A stretch of 64,000 nt of DNA from contig CAVXRD010000002.1 of assembly GCA_963764165.1 (NCBI GenBank), positions 2,400,001-2,464,000 of the forward strand. Reading direction: 5' to 3'. The translations under genes were made by a program, and so were the position numbers. This document shows, one piece after another, positions 36,835 through 46,715 of this stretch (its first letter is position 1; each line of letters begins with the position of its first letter). Source of the stretch: an uncultured Verrucomicrobiae bacterium. GTDB lineage: Bacteria; Verrucomicrobiota; Verrucomicrobiia; Limisphaerales; Palsa-1400. The notes below the pieces were generated by a model that made no database searches, was not told where the DNA came from, and saw nothing but the letters and a program-made list of their open reading frames with translations.

Positions 36835-39800
36835 ATACCAAGATGGCACAAATCATTTCGTCCAAACCCATGAACGTTCGCACTCAATGTCGATTTGGTT
36901 CCCTAGGTCGCGGGATTGCGGCCATCGGGCTGATGTTGCTAAGCGCGCTGCTGCCCAAGACGGCGTCCGCCCAAGAGCAATTCCAAGGCCTTTGCTCCGA
37001 AATCAAAATGGAGATTTCGCAGCAACTCACCCTCGAACGGGTCGGATTCCAGGCGACTCTGACCATCACCGACAACGATCCGACGGATCCGATCACCGGT
37101 TTTGCGGCCAACCTGACCTTTGAAAACCCGGCCCTTTCCACCAATGGGACAGTGAATGATTCATCGAGCCTTTTCTTCGTCCAACCCCCGACCCTTCAGG
37201 GCATTTCCGCGATCGACGGCACGGGCGTCATTCAGCCCGGTGAAACCGCTACCATCACTTGGTTCATCATTCCGACGGTCAACGCTGGAGGCACTACACC
37301 GAACGGCACCGTATACAATGTCGGCGGCTCGCTGGGCGGATCTCTGGCGGGCGTGCAGCTTCCCGCCTCCGTGTTAAGTGTCATTCCCGCGCCCATCACG
37401 GTTTATCCAGACGCTCAATTGCAAATCACGTATTTCCAGCCGCGCGACGTGATCGCTGCGAATCCCTTCACGCTCGGTGTTGTGCAAAGCCCGGTTCCAT
37501 TTACCTTCGGCGTTCTGGTTCAGAACGTCGGCTATGGGGCCGCCAACAGCATCACTATCGCTTCGCAGCAACCGCAAATTGTGGAGAATAAACAGAACCT
37601 GCTGATCGTAGCCCAACTGCTCGGCTCGCGTGTGAACGATTCACCGCTCTCCAACGCCGACCTCACGGTCAACCTCGGCAACCTCCAACCCGGGCAGGCC
37701 ACCAAGGGCGCTTGGGACATGATCACGACGCTGTCCGGCACGTTTCTTTCGGTAAGCGCGACCTATACTCACTCGAGCGCTTTGGGCGGCGCGGAAACGT
37801 CGCTTATCAAATCGGTGAATGCGTATCTCTTCCTCCACGAAGTTCTGGATGACCAGCCAGCCCGTGACAGTGTCCGCGATTTTCTGGCCGACACAACCGG
37901 CACGCTGGATAACATTGGCAACCTCATGCCGGATTCCCTTTGGGAAAGCCAGGGAAACGTATTCCCTGTTATTGACGTCACGAATGCGACTGTCATCGGC
38001 TCCAGCCCGGTGCAGGTCACTCTCAACTCCATAAATACTGATTGGACTTACGTCCGGGTCGACGACCCGCAGCAGGCCAAATTGCCCATCGCCAGTGTCG
38101 TCCGCTCAGACAGCAAAGTTCTCAACACGAACAATTATTGGACTAGCATTCATTACGAACCGACGAATAACTTCGAGCACTTCTATCTCAACATATTTGA
38201 CTTGGTAAATCCTGGAACCTACACCTACACCGTGACCTACGGCACGCCGCCGGTGAGCACGAATCCGCCAGTGACCGAGCTGTTGTTTGCCGGCCCGTCC
38301 ACCTTCACCAACGGAGTATATTATGTGACGCCCGCCACCCAGCTCTACTTCCTATCCCAGGATGTCACCCCGGTAAGTATTTTCTACAGCTTGGATGGAG
38401 CCGCGTTTGCGCCGGGTTATCCGTTCACGCTGCCAACGCCCGGTGTCCACCAGATTACCTATTACGCGACCGAAGCAAGCGGCCTTCGCGAGACAAATCA
38501 AACGGCACTGGTAGCGCTTCCCGGTGTCGCTGCTTTGGGATTTGCAAACTTCACTTTGCCCTCCGCGCCGTTCTTCGCTCCCGGCGCGGCACTGTCCGTT
38601 CGTCCGTCCGTTTTGCCCATCACATTCCAGGCCCTCCTTGATCCAATTCCTATCAATGCCGAGGTTGACATATTCCAAGGCGTGGTCGGATGGGCAACGG
38701 TGGCGGGAATTCCATCGTCTCCCACTGCCAGCACCACCGCCAGCCTCGTTATCGGAGGCCAGAACGTGGATTATTACTCTTATCAACTGAACGGAGGAGC
38801 TTGGAGCGCGGACCAACCGGTTGCCACACCGCTAAGTCTGTCCGGCTTGCCGTCTGGCACCAACGTCGTATCGGTTCAGGGCCGTTCCCAATACGGATCC
38901 TACATGAACCCGTCGAACGCAGTTACCGCGTCATGGGTTGTCTCTCCATCCGCGCCGCCGACGCTCGTAACCGGCGCGCCAGCCACACCCACCCAAAGCA
39001 AGCAGGCAGAGCTAATCGTAGGAGGAACGGGAGTGGCTGGTTATAGCTGGACCGTTGACAACAGTTATTATTTCCCGGAAACCCCCGTTTCTACTCCATT
39101 AGTCGTGAGCAATCTGGGAGTTGGCCCGCATGTGCTCAGCGTTATTGGCGATTCTTCACAATTCAGCCAGGGCACCAACGACCCGACTACTGTTGATTGG
39201 ACAGTCAATCCCCTTTACGGCTACGACCAGAGCGCGCTCGTGCCGGTTCAGAGTGTCGACTTCACCAACATTGGCAGCGGCCCGATCACCTATGATTGGA
39301 ATGGCAAGAACACTGCGGGCGTCATCCAAACCCCGGGCTGGTATACCGTGCGAGTGACGTTAACCGATCCGAACGGGGACACGAACTTCGTGATCGGGCT
39401 GGCGCAGATCGAAGGGCTGTCCGGCACCAACGTCGTCCTGGCGGGCACTGTCCGCGGCCCGCAGAGTCCTTTCGCCCGCGGACGCTGGGCTGTCTGGCAG
39501 GACCAAAGCAGCGGCAATTGGGCTGTGTATGCCCAGGATCTTACGCTGAGCAACGCGCCGATTATCCCCGTCAGCGGCAATACGCTGAGCCAGCAGAATC
39601 CCAAAACCGATGGACGTTACGTCGTCTGGCAGGCGCGCCAGACTAACGGGAATTGGGACATCTTTCTCAACGATCTGAGCGGCACCAATGGCCCCGTGGC
39701 GATCACCTCGACGCCCGCCACGGATGAAGTCAGCCCCGCGATTGACTGGCCGTGGTTAGTTTATCAAGCGCGCCCGACTGGCAGCACGACCGCGCCCTGG

Positions 39801-40877
39801 CAGCTCTATGCGCTGAACCTCGCCACCGAGCAAACGATCCACGTCTCTCCGTCGAGCGCGGACGAGATTGCCCCCGATGTCCAAGCTGGCCGTGTCGTCT
39901 GGCAGGATTGGCGAGACGCGGGCCCGGGCGAAGTTTATTTCCAAAACTTGGAGAATAACATTTTCCAGCGCATTACGACGAATACCTTTGGCCAATACAG
40001 CCCGACGATTTACGGCAATTGGATTGCATGGCAGGACAATCGCAACGGAGAGTCGGACATTTACGGGTTCAATTTGTTGTATGGACACGAAGTCCGCATC
40101 ACGAGTGGTCCTGAGGACGACTTGCAACCCCGCTTGGAAGGCCCCTGGCTCATTTACGCCGAGGACTCGCTTGGCGCGGGCACCGGCAATGCCAAACTCA
40201 TCAGTTTGCCCAGCATGATTTCAGTGCCTGTGACGCGGACGCCGACGCTCAAATCCTCGCCAGCCTTGGCCGATGGCCGCGCCGTCTGGCAGGAAACTGT
40301 TAGCAACCAGTCGTCCGTTGTCTCCGCCGCCCTCCCGTCGCTGCAAGCGGTGTTCCAAAACCAGAACACCGTTGCCGTCACACCGGGGATGGTCGCCAAC
40401 GCGCAAAATGCTTTCGGCTTGTTGGCGCTTTGGGGAAGCAACGGCGTCCAATCCGTGACTGCCTACACGGAACTGTTGCCAACGGTTGTCGCACAAACCG
40501 CCTCCATTTCCAACGGAGTGCCGAGCGGCGCGAATTTAAATTTGGTCGCGGGATCGTTCCTTTGGATTCAATTCAACGGCCAGCAAGTGCTTGACCTCGG
40601 AGTCAACAACAGCACGCCGCTGAACTTCGCGGCCGGTGCCAACGTATTTGGCTTCACTGGTTTTCCAGATGCTTACACCGCGTATCAACTCCTGCTGCAG
40701 ATTGGGCTGGGCAATGCGCAATCCGTGCGCATGCTCGACGCCCAATCGGGCCGCTGGCGCGTGGCGCAAGTGAAAGCCGGCGCCTTGGCCGGGGACGACT
40801 TTGCGATTCCGAACGTGGCCGTGCTCATGTTGACTGTCACCAATCCCGTCAATCAATTTGTTCCGCAAGCACAATAA
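36831..40877 (+). CDS. Large secreted partner protein with Ig-like, FlgD-Ig-like and beta-propeller repeat regions (operon gene 3)
   Basis: ATGA overlap with the giant gene. Signal peptide ending ASA|QEQFQGLC. FlgD-like YDWNGKN..PGWYTVRV; repeated VWQD/VWQA propeller blades. Confidence 0.85.
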   Translation: MNTKMAQIISSKPMNVRTQCRFGSLGRGIAAIGLMLLSALLPKTASAQEQFQGLCSEIKMEISQQLTLERVGFQATLTITDNDPTDPITGFAANLTFENPALSTNGTVNDSSSLFFVQPPTLQGISAIDGTGVIQPGETATITWFIIPTVNAGGTTPNGTVYNVGGSLGGSLAGVQLPASVLSVIPAPITVYPDAQLQITYFQPRDVIAANPFTLGVVQSPVPFTFGVLVQNVGYGAANSITIASQQPQIVENKQNLLIVAQLLGSRVNDSPLSNADLTVNLGNLQPGQATKGAWDMITTLSGTFLSVSATYTHSSALGGAETSLIKSVNAYLFLHEVLDDQPARDSVRDFLADTTGTLDNIGNLMPDSLWESQGNVFPVIDVTNATVIGSSPVQVTLNSINTDWTYVRVDDPQQAKLPIASVVRSDSKVLNTNNYWTSIHYEPTNNFEHFYLNIFDLVNPGTYTYTVTYGTPPVSTNPPVTELLFAGPSTFTNGVYYVTPATQLYFLSQDVTPVSIFYSLDGAAFAPGYPFTLPTPGVHQITYYATEASGLRETNQTALVALPGVAALGFANFTLPSAPFFAPGAALSVRPSVLPITFQALLDPIPINAEVDIFQGVVGWATVAGIPSSPTASTTASLVIGGQNVDYYSYQLNGGAWSADQPVATPLSLSGLPSGTNVVSVQGRSQYGSYMNPSNAVTASWVVSPSAPPTLVTGAPATPTQSKQAELIVGGTGVAGYSWTVDNSYYFPETPVSTPLVVSNLGVGPHVLSVIGDSSQFSQGTNDPTTVDWTVNPLYGYDQSALVPVQSVDFTNIGSGPITYDWNGKNTAGVIQTPGWYTVRVTLTDPNGDTNFVIGLAQIEGLSGTNVVLAGTVRGPQSPFARGRWAVWQDQSSGNWAVYAQDLTLSNAPIIPVSGNTLSQQNPKTDGRYVVWQARQTNGNWDIFLNDLSGTNGPVAITSTPATDEVSPAIDWPWLVYQARPTGSTTAPWQLYALNLATEQTIHVSPSSADEIAPDVQAGRVVWQDWRDAGPGEVYFQNLENNIFQRITTNTFGQYSPTIYGNWIAWQDNRNGESDIYGFNLLYGHEVRITSGPEDDLQPRLEGPWLIYAEDSLGAGTGNAKLISLPSMISVPVTRTPTLKSSPALADGRAVWQETVSNQSSVVSAALPSLQAVFQNQNTVAVTPGMVANAQNAFGLLALWGSNGVQSVTAYTELLPTVVAQTASISNGVPSGANLNLVAGSFLWIQFNGQQVLDLGVNNSTPLNFAAGANVFGFTGFPDAYTAYQLLLQIGLGNAQSVRMLDAQSGRWRVAQVKAGALAGDDFAIPNVAVLMLTVTNPVNQFVPQAQ

Positions 40878-40883
40878 AAGAAT

Positions 40884-41660
40884 ATGCATTTCAAATCTCT
40901 TTGCCTTCTTCGTTTGCCTATGTTGTGCGTGCTGGGATGCGGCGCCGCGCTGTCGCTCTCCGCTGCTTCCGTCGCTGACCTCCAGCGCCGGATGGATCAA
41001 AACGAAAAGCTTACCGTCATTGACGTGCGTTCCCCCGCCCTTTTCGCTCGCGGCCACATTCCTGGAGCGATTAACGTCCCCGCCTCCGTCTGCCCGCTGC
41101 GCAGTTTCCCGAAACTTGGAAAAATCGTGGTCTACGGTGGCGGCCTTGGACGCGAGAACGTCGAGGAGGCAGCAAAGGCGCTGGGAGCCAAGCCGGGCAT
41201 CGCCGTTGAAACCCTTGACGGCGGCTACGCCGCGTGGGAAAGCGCGCACGCCATGACCACCGCCACGCGCGGCTTTCATGCGGAGAACCTCAACTACATC
41301 ACTTACGCCGAATTGAAACGGGCCAAGCTCTCGGAGGTTTACCTGGTTGACCTGCGCAAGCCGCACACGAAAGCAGACGCCGGAAGCATCGCGCCCTCTA
41401 CCGCTCCTCTCACTGATTTGAGCGTTGAATTTCCCGGCGCGCACCTCGGCCCATCCGTCCCAGCCCCGTCGGCTGGCTCCGATTCACTGGTTGTCCTGAT
41501 CGACAATGGGGATGGGGAAACAGCGCGTGACGCGGCTCGCAAACTGAAAGCGGGCGGCGCTAAACGCTATGTCATTCTCGTCGGGGGCGAATTGTCGCTG
41601 GCGCGCAAAGGCCAGCCTGGTCTGCAGCGCACAGGTGCTCAAAAAATTTCTCAGCCCTAA
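40884..41660 (+). CDS. Exported tandem rhodanese-like protein lacking the catalytic Cys (operon gene 4)
   Basis: VIDVRS..GHIPGAINVP and LDGGYAAW; second domain LVDLR..LVGG. Active-site loops read VVYGGG and VLIDNG. Starts 6 bp after gene 3. Confidence 0.8.
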   Translation: MHFKSLCLLRLPMLCVLGCGAALSLSAASVADLQRRMDQNEKLTVIDVRSPALFARGHIPGAINVPASVCPLRSFPKLGKIVVYGGGLGRENVEEAAKALGAKPGIAVETLDGGYAAWESAHAMTTATRGFHAENLNYITYAELKRAKLSEVYLVDLRKPHTKADAGSIAPSTAPLTDLSVEFPGAHLGPSVPAPSAGSDSLVVLIDNGDGETARDAARKLKAGGAKRYVILVGGELSLARKGQPGLQRTGAQKISQP

Positions 41661-41747
41661 CCTTTCCCCTTCATCCGGCCCGCCAGCGGTCTGGCGGTCG
41701 CAAGGTCATGTTTTGCGCTTACCGTTTATCGCCTTGCCCGCGTTTTC

Positions 41748-43220
41748 TCACTTCTTGACAGCTTTCATTTCCTCGGCCGTGGCCGCGCGCGGCCAGACCA
41801 TATCCCGCCCACGGGCGAAACCGGGCATGTCTGCGCCCCTCGGCGTCGGATCACCGCCGTCGTCGATGCCGTCCTTGCCAATGGAGTAAAGCAGAAAAGT
41901 TCCATCGGCGTTCAGTTTGTAGCGCAAGCTTTTCCCATCTTGATAATCGATCGGGATGCTTTTTAGATGCGCTGGAACCATCTCTGCCAGCGTCGCGGGA
42001 TACTTGTGCTGCGCCCGCTTGCAGCGCTCCAAGGCAATCGCGGCCGCTGCCAGGCTCGCTTCCGTTCTCGCCAGAGCCTGGCCGGCCAGAAAGTTTTCCT
42101 CGAGATCGATGAGGCTGGCCAGGTTTTTTCTTCCCTCCCAGTTGGTCTTCAAGGCTGCCGCGCTTTCCTTCAATTTTCCTGGATCGTGGCTGGCATCGAT
42201 CAACATTTGCATCTTCTCAAGATAAATGCGCTCATCGTCGTAAGACCAAATCCAGCACCATCCCCAATACCGCGGATACGATGTGATGGCGTCTTTGATT
42301 CCTTCCTTCGAATTCAAAAGAAAACTATTCCAAACCTCCTTGCCTTCCTTGACCTCCTGGCCATCGAGCCATTGGGCCATGCCTTCCCGGGATTGGCGCG
42401 CTCCCTCGAAATACCGATTGATGCCGGCTCTCTCGATGGTAATCGTTTTTGAGACGTCCAATGACTCGATCTCGTTTTCCCACTCCCTCTGCAACGCTTC
42501 CAACTGCTGTTCATTCCAGCACTCCCCTTGCAGCCCCTCCCATGTCGAGGTCATAACGGAACCAACCATGCCGCGGCAGAAAATCTGGTTGATCATCAGC
42601 GGATTTGCGCCCGTCAATTCGGTCAGGCGGAGGCCGTTTATGATTTGATCAAGAGCTTCGTCATTGCTCCCTTGATGGAGATTCAGCAGCGCCATCGCGC
42701 AGAGAGCCTGGACCGCTTCTCTCACGTTCGAAAGCTGCAGCAAAGGCTGGTTCGGCGAAGCTTGATCCTGCGGCATGACATCGCCCATGAAGTGGACTCC
42801 GCCACCGGCGGCGAGCTGCCCCACACGATTTGGAGTCATTCCCTGGGCTTTTACTTTTTTGACAAAGCCCGGCCAGACGTTCGTCGGCGGCTTTGGCCCC
42901 GGCCCCGGCGACTCCTCCATGCATTCCTCCTCCTTCCACGCCACGCGCGCCACGCCCGGCTTGATGACGTGCATTCCGTGGGGAATCGGATCCCAATTCC
43001 AAATGCTCGCGAGCAGCGTCAAAAATTCGCCTGTATTTGTGCTGTCGCCGGACGGCTTTGAAACAAATTCTTCAATGTTTAGTTTTTCGCCCTTCGCGAT
43101 GAGTTGCTTTCGATAGGCGTTCAATCTCGCTTGAGCGCGCCAGCGCATGGTGAAAGGAATCAAGACGATGATGGCCACCACAACCACCACCAGCAGCCAG
43201 AATTTTCGTTTTCTTGACAC
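41748..43220 (-). CDS. Membrane-anchored hypothetical protein with a GspG/pseudopilin-like C-terminal domain
   Basis: N-terminal transmembrane helix. C-terminal IALE..YPATLAEMVP..IPID..LRY..LYSIGKDGIDDGG. Confidence 0.6.
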   Translation of the reverse strand: MSRKRKFWLLVVVVVAIIVLIPFTMRWRAQARLNAYRKQLIAKGEKLNIEEFVSKPSGDSTNTGEFLTLLASIWNWDPIPHGMHVIKPGVARVAWKEEECMEESPGPGPKPPTNVWPGFVKKVKAQGMTPNRVGQLAAGGGVHFMGDVMPQDQASPNQPLLQLSNVREAVQALCAMALLNLHQGSNDEALDQIINGLRLTELTGANPLMINQIFCRGMVGSVMTSTWEGLQGECWNEQQLEALQREWENEIESLDVSKTITIERAGINRYFEGARQSREGMAQWLDGQEVKEGKEVWNSFLLNSKEGIKDAITSYPRYWGWCWIWSYDDERIYLEKMQMLIDASHDPGKLKESAAALKTNWEGRKNLASLIDLEENFLAGQALARTEASLAAAAIALERCKRAQHKYPATLAEMVPAHLKSIPIDYQDGKSLRYKLNADGTFLLYSIGKDGIDDGGDPTPRGADMPGFARGRDMVWPRAATAEEMKAVKK

Positions 43221-43225
43221 GATTT

Positions 43226-44089
43226 CTACGCGTTCAGAAAATAGGATCTCTGCTTTTCGCTGATGGGCATTTGCAATTTATCCATCACCTTCAGCATGTC
43301 TTCCCACACCTTGCGTTTCTCGCCCAGGGCCTGGTTTCGCAAGAGGTAGGAGGGATGAAATGTCGGCATCAAAGGCGTTCCCCGGAAATCCTGAAAATTG
43401 CCGCGCATTTTTGTTATTCCTCCGGCGATTCCGAGCAAGCCCTCCAAAGCTGTCCCTCCCAAGGCAACCAAAACCTTCGGCCGGATCAGCTCGATTTGTT
43501 CCAGCAAAAATGGACTGCATGTCGCCATTTCGGTAGTGGTCGGTTTGCGATTTCCGCTTGTCTGCCCCGGCGTGTCCGGGCGGCATTTCAGAATGTTCGC
43601 GATGTAAACTGTCTCACGGCTCAGGCCCATGGTCTTGATGATGCGTGTCAACAGTTGGCCTGCCGCGCCCACGAACGGTTCGCCCTGGACATCTTCATCC
43701 GCGCCCGGCGCTTCCCCGACGAACATGAGTTGCGCGTGAATATCGCCGACGCCAAAAACGACGTTTTTCCTGCTTGATACGAGGTGCGGGCACTTGACGC
43801 ACGCCATCACGCGTTCTTTCAAGGAAGCCATGGCAGCAGCAGCATGCTGGACAAGCGCCGGCGGTTTTAGTTCCGTGGGGAGTGGTGGCACAATGGCTGC
43901 CACCAGTGGCGCCGTGGGCTGCGGAAGGAGCTCTGGCGCGGGCTTTGCAATCGCAACTTCGGCGCGCGGCGGAGGGCCGCTAAGCATGCGCAGCGTTTCT
44001 TTTTCAACAGGGATAAAGCGGACGCCCGAATGCCTCAGCGCCAGCAGATGCCGCTCGGTTGAATCAAGGACGCGTTGAAAATCATTCAT
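43226..44089 (-). CDS. Uracil-DNA glycosylase, family 4 (Fe-S)
   Basis: [24 protein letters not shown] and TFHPSYLL motifs. Confidence 0.92.
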   Translation of the reverse strand: MNDFQRVLDSTERHLLALRHSGVRFIPVEKETLRMLSGPPPRAEVAIAKPAPELLPQPTAPLVAAIVPPLPTELKPPALVQHAAAAMASLKERVMACVKCPHLVSSRKNVVFGVGDIHAQLMFVGEAPGADEDVQGEPFVGAAGQLLTRIIKTMGLSRETVYIANILKCRPDTPGQTSGNRKPTTTEMATCSPFLLEQIELIRPKVLVALGGTALEGLLGIAGGITKMRGNFQDFRGTPLMPTFHPSYLLRNQALGEKRKVWEDMLKVMDKLQMPISEKQRSYFLNA

Positions 44090-44224
44090 CTCCGTGAGTG
44101 TAATGATCCGCGCGCAACGGACACGACTATCTTGTTAATTGTTGCTCACCGGTAATTCACAACGCACATGGGTCCTATATGCCCTATACGTCCTATCTCC
44201 CCGGCCTTGCCGCGCCTCCCAAAA

Positions 44225-45334
44225 TCAACTCAGCCGCATCGGCATGACCACGTAAAGAAACGGGCCGTTTATCTTCAGCACTCCCGGACTCAACTCGTCG
44301 ATCAATTCCAGAAAAACTTCGTCGTCTGTCAACGCCGTTAGCGGCTCTACCAAATACGCCGGATTGAAGGCGATGGCCATGTCCTTGCCCTTGTAATTGA
44401 TGGCCAGACTCTCGCGGGCTTCGCCAACTTCCGGCGAATTCGCCGTGATGGCCAGGTTGTTTCGCGTGATGGAAACTTTGATGGAGTTTGCCTTGTCGCT
44501 GGTCATGATTTGCGCGCGCCGCGTGGCGGCCAGCAATTCTTCGCGGGGCAATGCGATGCGTTCCTTGGCTTCGCTCGGAATGACCTGGCGGTAATTCGGG
44601 TAATTGCCTTCCACCAATTTCGAAATAATCAAAATCGTGAAGCCCTTGTCATCCTTGAGCGTGAACGAAGCGTGGTTCTCCACGTAGCAAATTTCAATAT
44701 CCCCCTTGTCGCCGAGCAGACGGGACAATTCGTTGACTGTCTTGGTCGGAATGATGAATTCGCCCTGGCTCGTTTCGGGAATATCGACTTCCTCATCGAC
44801 CAGCGCTAGGCGGCGTCCGTCCGTGGCGACCATCGTTATCTTGTGTTCCTTGAGGCTGATGAAAATTCCATTGAGGACGTAGCGTGATTCGTCGCTCGAT
44901 ATGGCGAAGCCGGTTTTCTTCAGCATCCCGCGGAATTTCTCCTGCGGCAGCGTGATTTTCTTGTCTTCCTTGAGCGGGCTGACCGGCGGAAATTCGTCCG
45001 CGCTCAGTCCATTGATTTTGTAAAACGACGCGCCCGCCCGGATGCTGCTGGCGTTTTTCTCATCCACTTCCAATTCGATTTCCGGGCTGGCCAGCTCTTT
45101 GATGATGCTGAAAAAGCGTTTGACTGGAATCGTGGTTGCGCCCTTCTTTTTTACATTGGCCTCGACCGAACAGGAGACGCTCACGTCCAAATCCGTGGCG
45201 ATCAATTCCAATTTATTGTCGCCCGCCTTCAAAAGAACGTTCGACAAAATCGGCAGCGTGGTCCGGCTGCTGACGATATTTTGCACTGATTGCAAACCGT
45301 GAATCAGTTGATCTTTCGCGACGGTCAGATTCAT
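44225..45334 (-). CDS. dnaN: DNA polymerase III beta sliding clamp
   Basis: TLPILSNVLL, ATDL, VATDGRRL, EGNYPNY and VVMPMRL motifs. Start MNLTVAKD at 45334. Confidence 0.97.
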   Translation of the reverse strand: MNLTVAKDQLIHGLQSVQNIVSSRTTLPILSNVLLKAGDNKLELIATDLDVSVSCSVEANVKKKGATTIPVKRFFSIIKELASPEIELEVDEKNASSIRAGASFYKINGLSADEFPPVSPLKEDKKITLPQEKFRGMLKKTGFAISSDESRYVLNGIFISLKEHKITMVATDGRRLALVDEEVDIPETSQGEFIIPTKTVNELSRLLGDKGDIEICYVENHASFTLKDDKGFTILIISKLVEGNYPNYRQVIPSEAKERIALPREELLAATRRAQIMTSDKANSIKVSITRNNLAITANSPEVGEARESLAINYKGKDMAIAFNPAYLVEPLTALTDDEVFLELIDELSPGVLKINGPFLYVVMPMRLS

Positions 45335-45531
45335 GCGTTCTTTAATATACTCTTTTCTCTTAGAGAGAAACACTATTATTAAGGGTTGTGAATAATGCAA
45401 GCTTTCGACGCAAGCGGCTTGAAACAAACTGGTTACAGAGCATTGAAATTGTGAAGATCAGCGCGGGTCGAAAAGTGAAAACGGGAAAAGCCCGAGTTAT
45501 TGGCACACGGCACATTTTATTCACAGGCAAT
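45335..45531. promoter_or_regulatory. Probable chromosomal replication origin (oriC)
   Basis: Two DnaA boxes TTATTCACA (45387-45395 on minus, 45517-45525 on plus). A GGG spacer and a run of NAN trinucleotides follow the first box, then an AT-rich tract directly upstream of dnaN. Confidence 0.65.
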
Positions 45532-46677
45532 TCAATAGCCACGAGCCTGCTTAATCACATTTCCGAAAATCCCCTCCGCCGCCAGAACTTCTTCCATGGT
45601 GGAATCGCGGCCGAGGGAAAATCGAACGAGTGAACTGGCCAGACTTTTTTCAATGCCGAGCGCGAGCATGACATGCGAAGGCGTCAAAGCGCCGGACGCG
45701 CAGGCGGAGCCGCTCGAAGCGCACACTCCTTCCAAATCGAGCCCGGCCAAAAGCGTCGCGCTGTCACAGTCCGTCACTGTGAAGGCAACGGTGTTTGACA
45801 GGCGCGAGGAAAACGAACCGCGCAATTGAACACCCTCCACTGATTTGCTGAATTCAATTAAATGAGCCGTCAGTCTTCTCAACGGTTCTTCGGGAAAAAC
45901 CGGTGGTGTTATGAATCGCTCGACAGTTTCCGTCAGGCCAATGATGGCGGAGACGTTTTCAGTTCCCGCGCGGCGTTCGTTTTCGTGCGCCCCGCCAAAA
46001 ATAATCGAATGCGGTTGAAGCGGCGATTTGACGTAGAGTGCTCCAGCGCCTTTCGGACCGTGAAGCTTGTGCGCGCAAAACGTGACGAGGTCCGCATTGA
46101 ATTGGGCAATGCCAGCAAACGGAACTTTGCCAAAAGATTGCGAGGCATCCGTGTGAAAATAAATCCCGCGCTCACGGCAGATGGCTCCAAATTCCGCAGT
46201 TGGCTGGATAGTGCCCGTTTCGTTATTGGCGGACATCAGCGAAACCAAAGTCGTGTCCGGGCGAATCGACTCTCGTAAATCATCGGGAGAAATCAGGCCC
46301 TCAGCATTTACCGGCAAGTAGGTGACCTTGAAATTCTCGTATTTGGCCAGATACTCGAAGCAGTGCAAAACCGCGTGGTGCTCGATCGTCGATGTGATGA
46401 GATGACGGCCCTTTTCCCTCAGCAATCGGGCGGTGCCGAAAATGGCGAAATTGTCGCTTTCGGTTCCTCCGCTGGTAAAAACAACCTCGCTTGGCTTGCA
46501 TTTCCAAACCACGGAAACACGATCGCGCGCGTCGTCCAACAAGGCGCGGGCGCGGCGGCCAATGTGATGCGTGCTGGACGGATTTCCATAAATCTCGTCC
46601 AGAAACGGCGCCATCGCATCGCGAACCCGCGCGTCCAGCGGAGTCGTCGCATTGTAATCAAAATAAATCGTTTTCAA
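45532..46677 (-). CDS. Cysteine desulfurase (IscS/NifS type), canonical motifs
   Basis: YFDYNATTP, TSGGTES, HTDASQ, AHKLHGPKG and SSGSAC. Confidence 0.92.
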   Translation of the reverse strand: MKTIYFDYNATTPLDARVRDAMAPFLDEIYGNPSSTHHIGRRARALLDDARDRVSVVWKCKPSEVVFTSGGTESDNFAIFGTARLLREKGRHLITSTIEHHAVLHCFEYLAKYENFKVTYLPVNAEGLISPDDLRESIRPDTTLVSLMSANNETGTIQPTAEFGAICRERGIYFHTDASQSFGKVPFAGIAQFNADLVTFCAHKLHGPKGAGALYVKSPLQPHSIIFGGAHENERRAGTENVSAIIGLTETVERFITPPVFPEEPLRRLTAHLIEFSKSVEGVQLRGSFSSRLSNTVAFTVTDCDSATLLAGLDLEGVCASSGSACASGALTPSHVMLALGIEKSLASSLVRFSLGRDSTMEEVLAAEGIFGNVIKQARGY

Positions 46678-46705
46678 GGTAGGGACGCCTCGTCGAGGCG
46701 TCCGG
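46676..46705. repeat. Single REP, GTAG family A
   Basis: AAGGTAGGGACGCCTCGTCGAGGCGTCCGG differs at one base from the arm at 17735. Confidence 0.85.
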
Positions 46706-46715
46706 GCGGAGGATC

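Noticed and set aside
41680..41697. CCGCCAG/CTGGCGG hairpin between convergent genes as a terminator
   Set aside because: The 7-bp stem has no adjacent U-tract, too weak to call.
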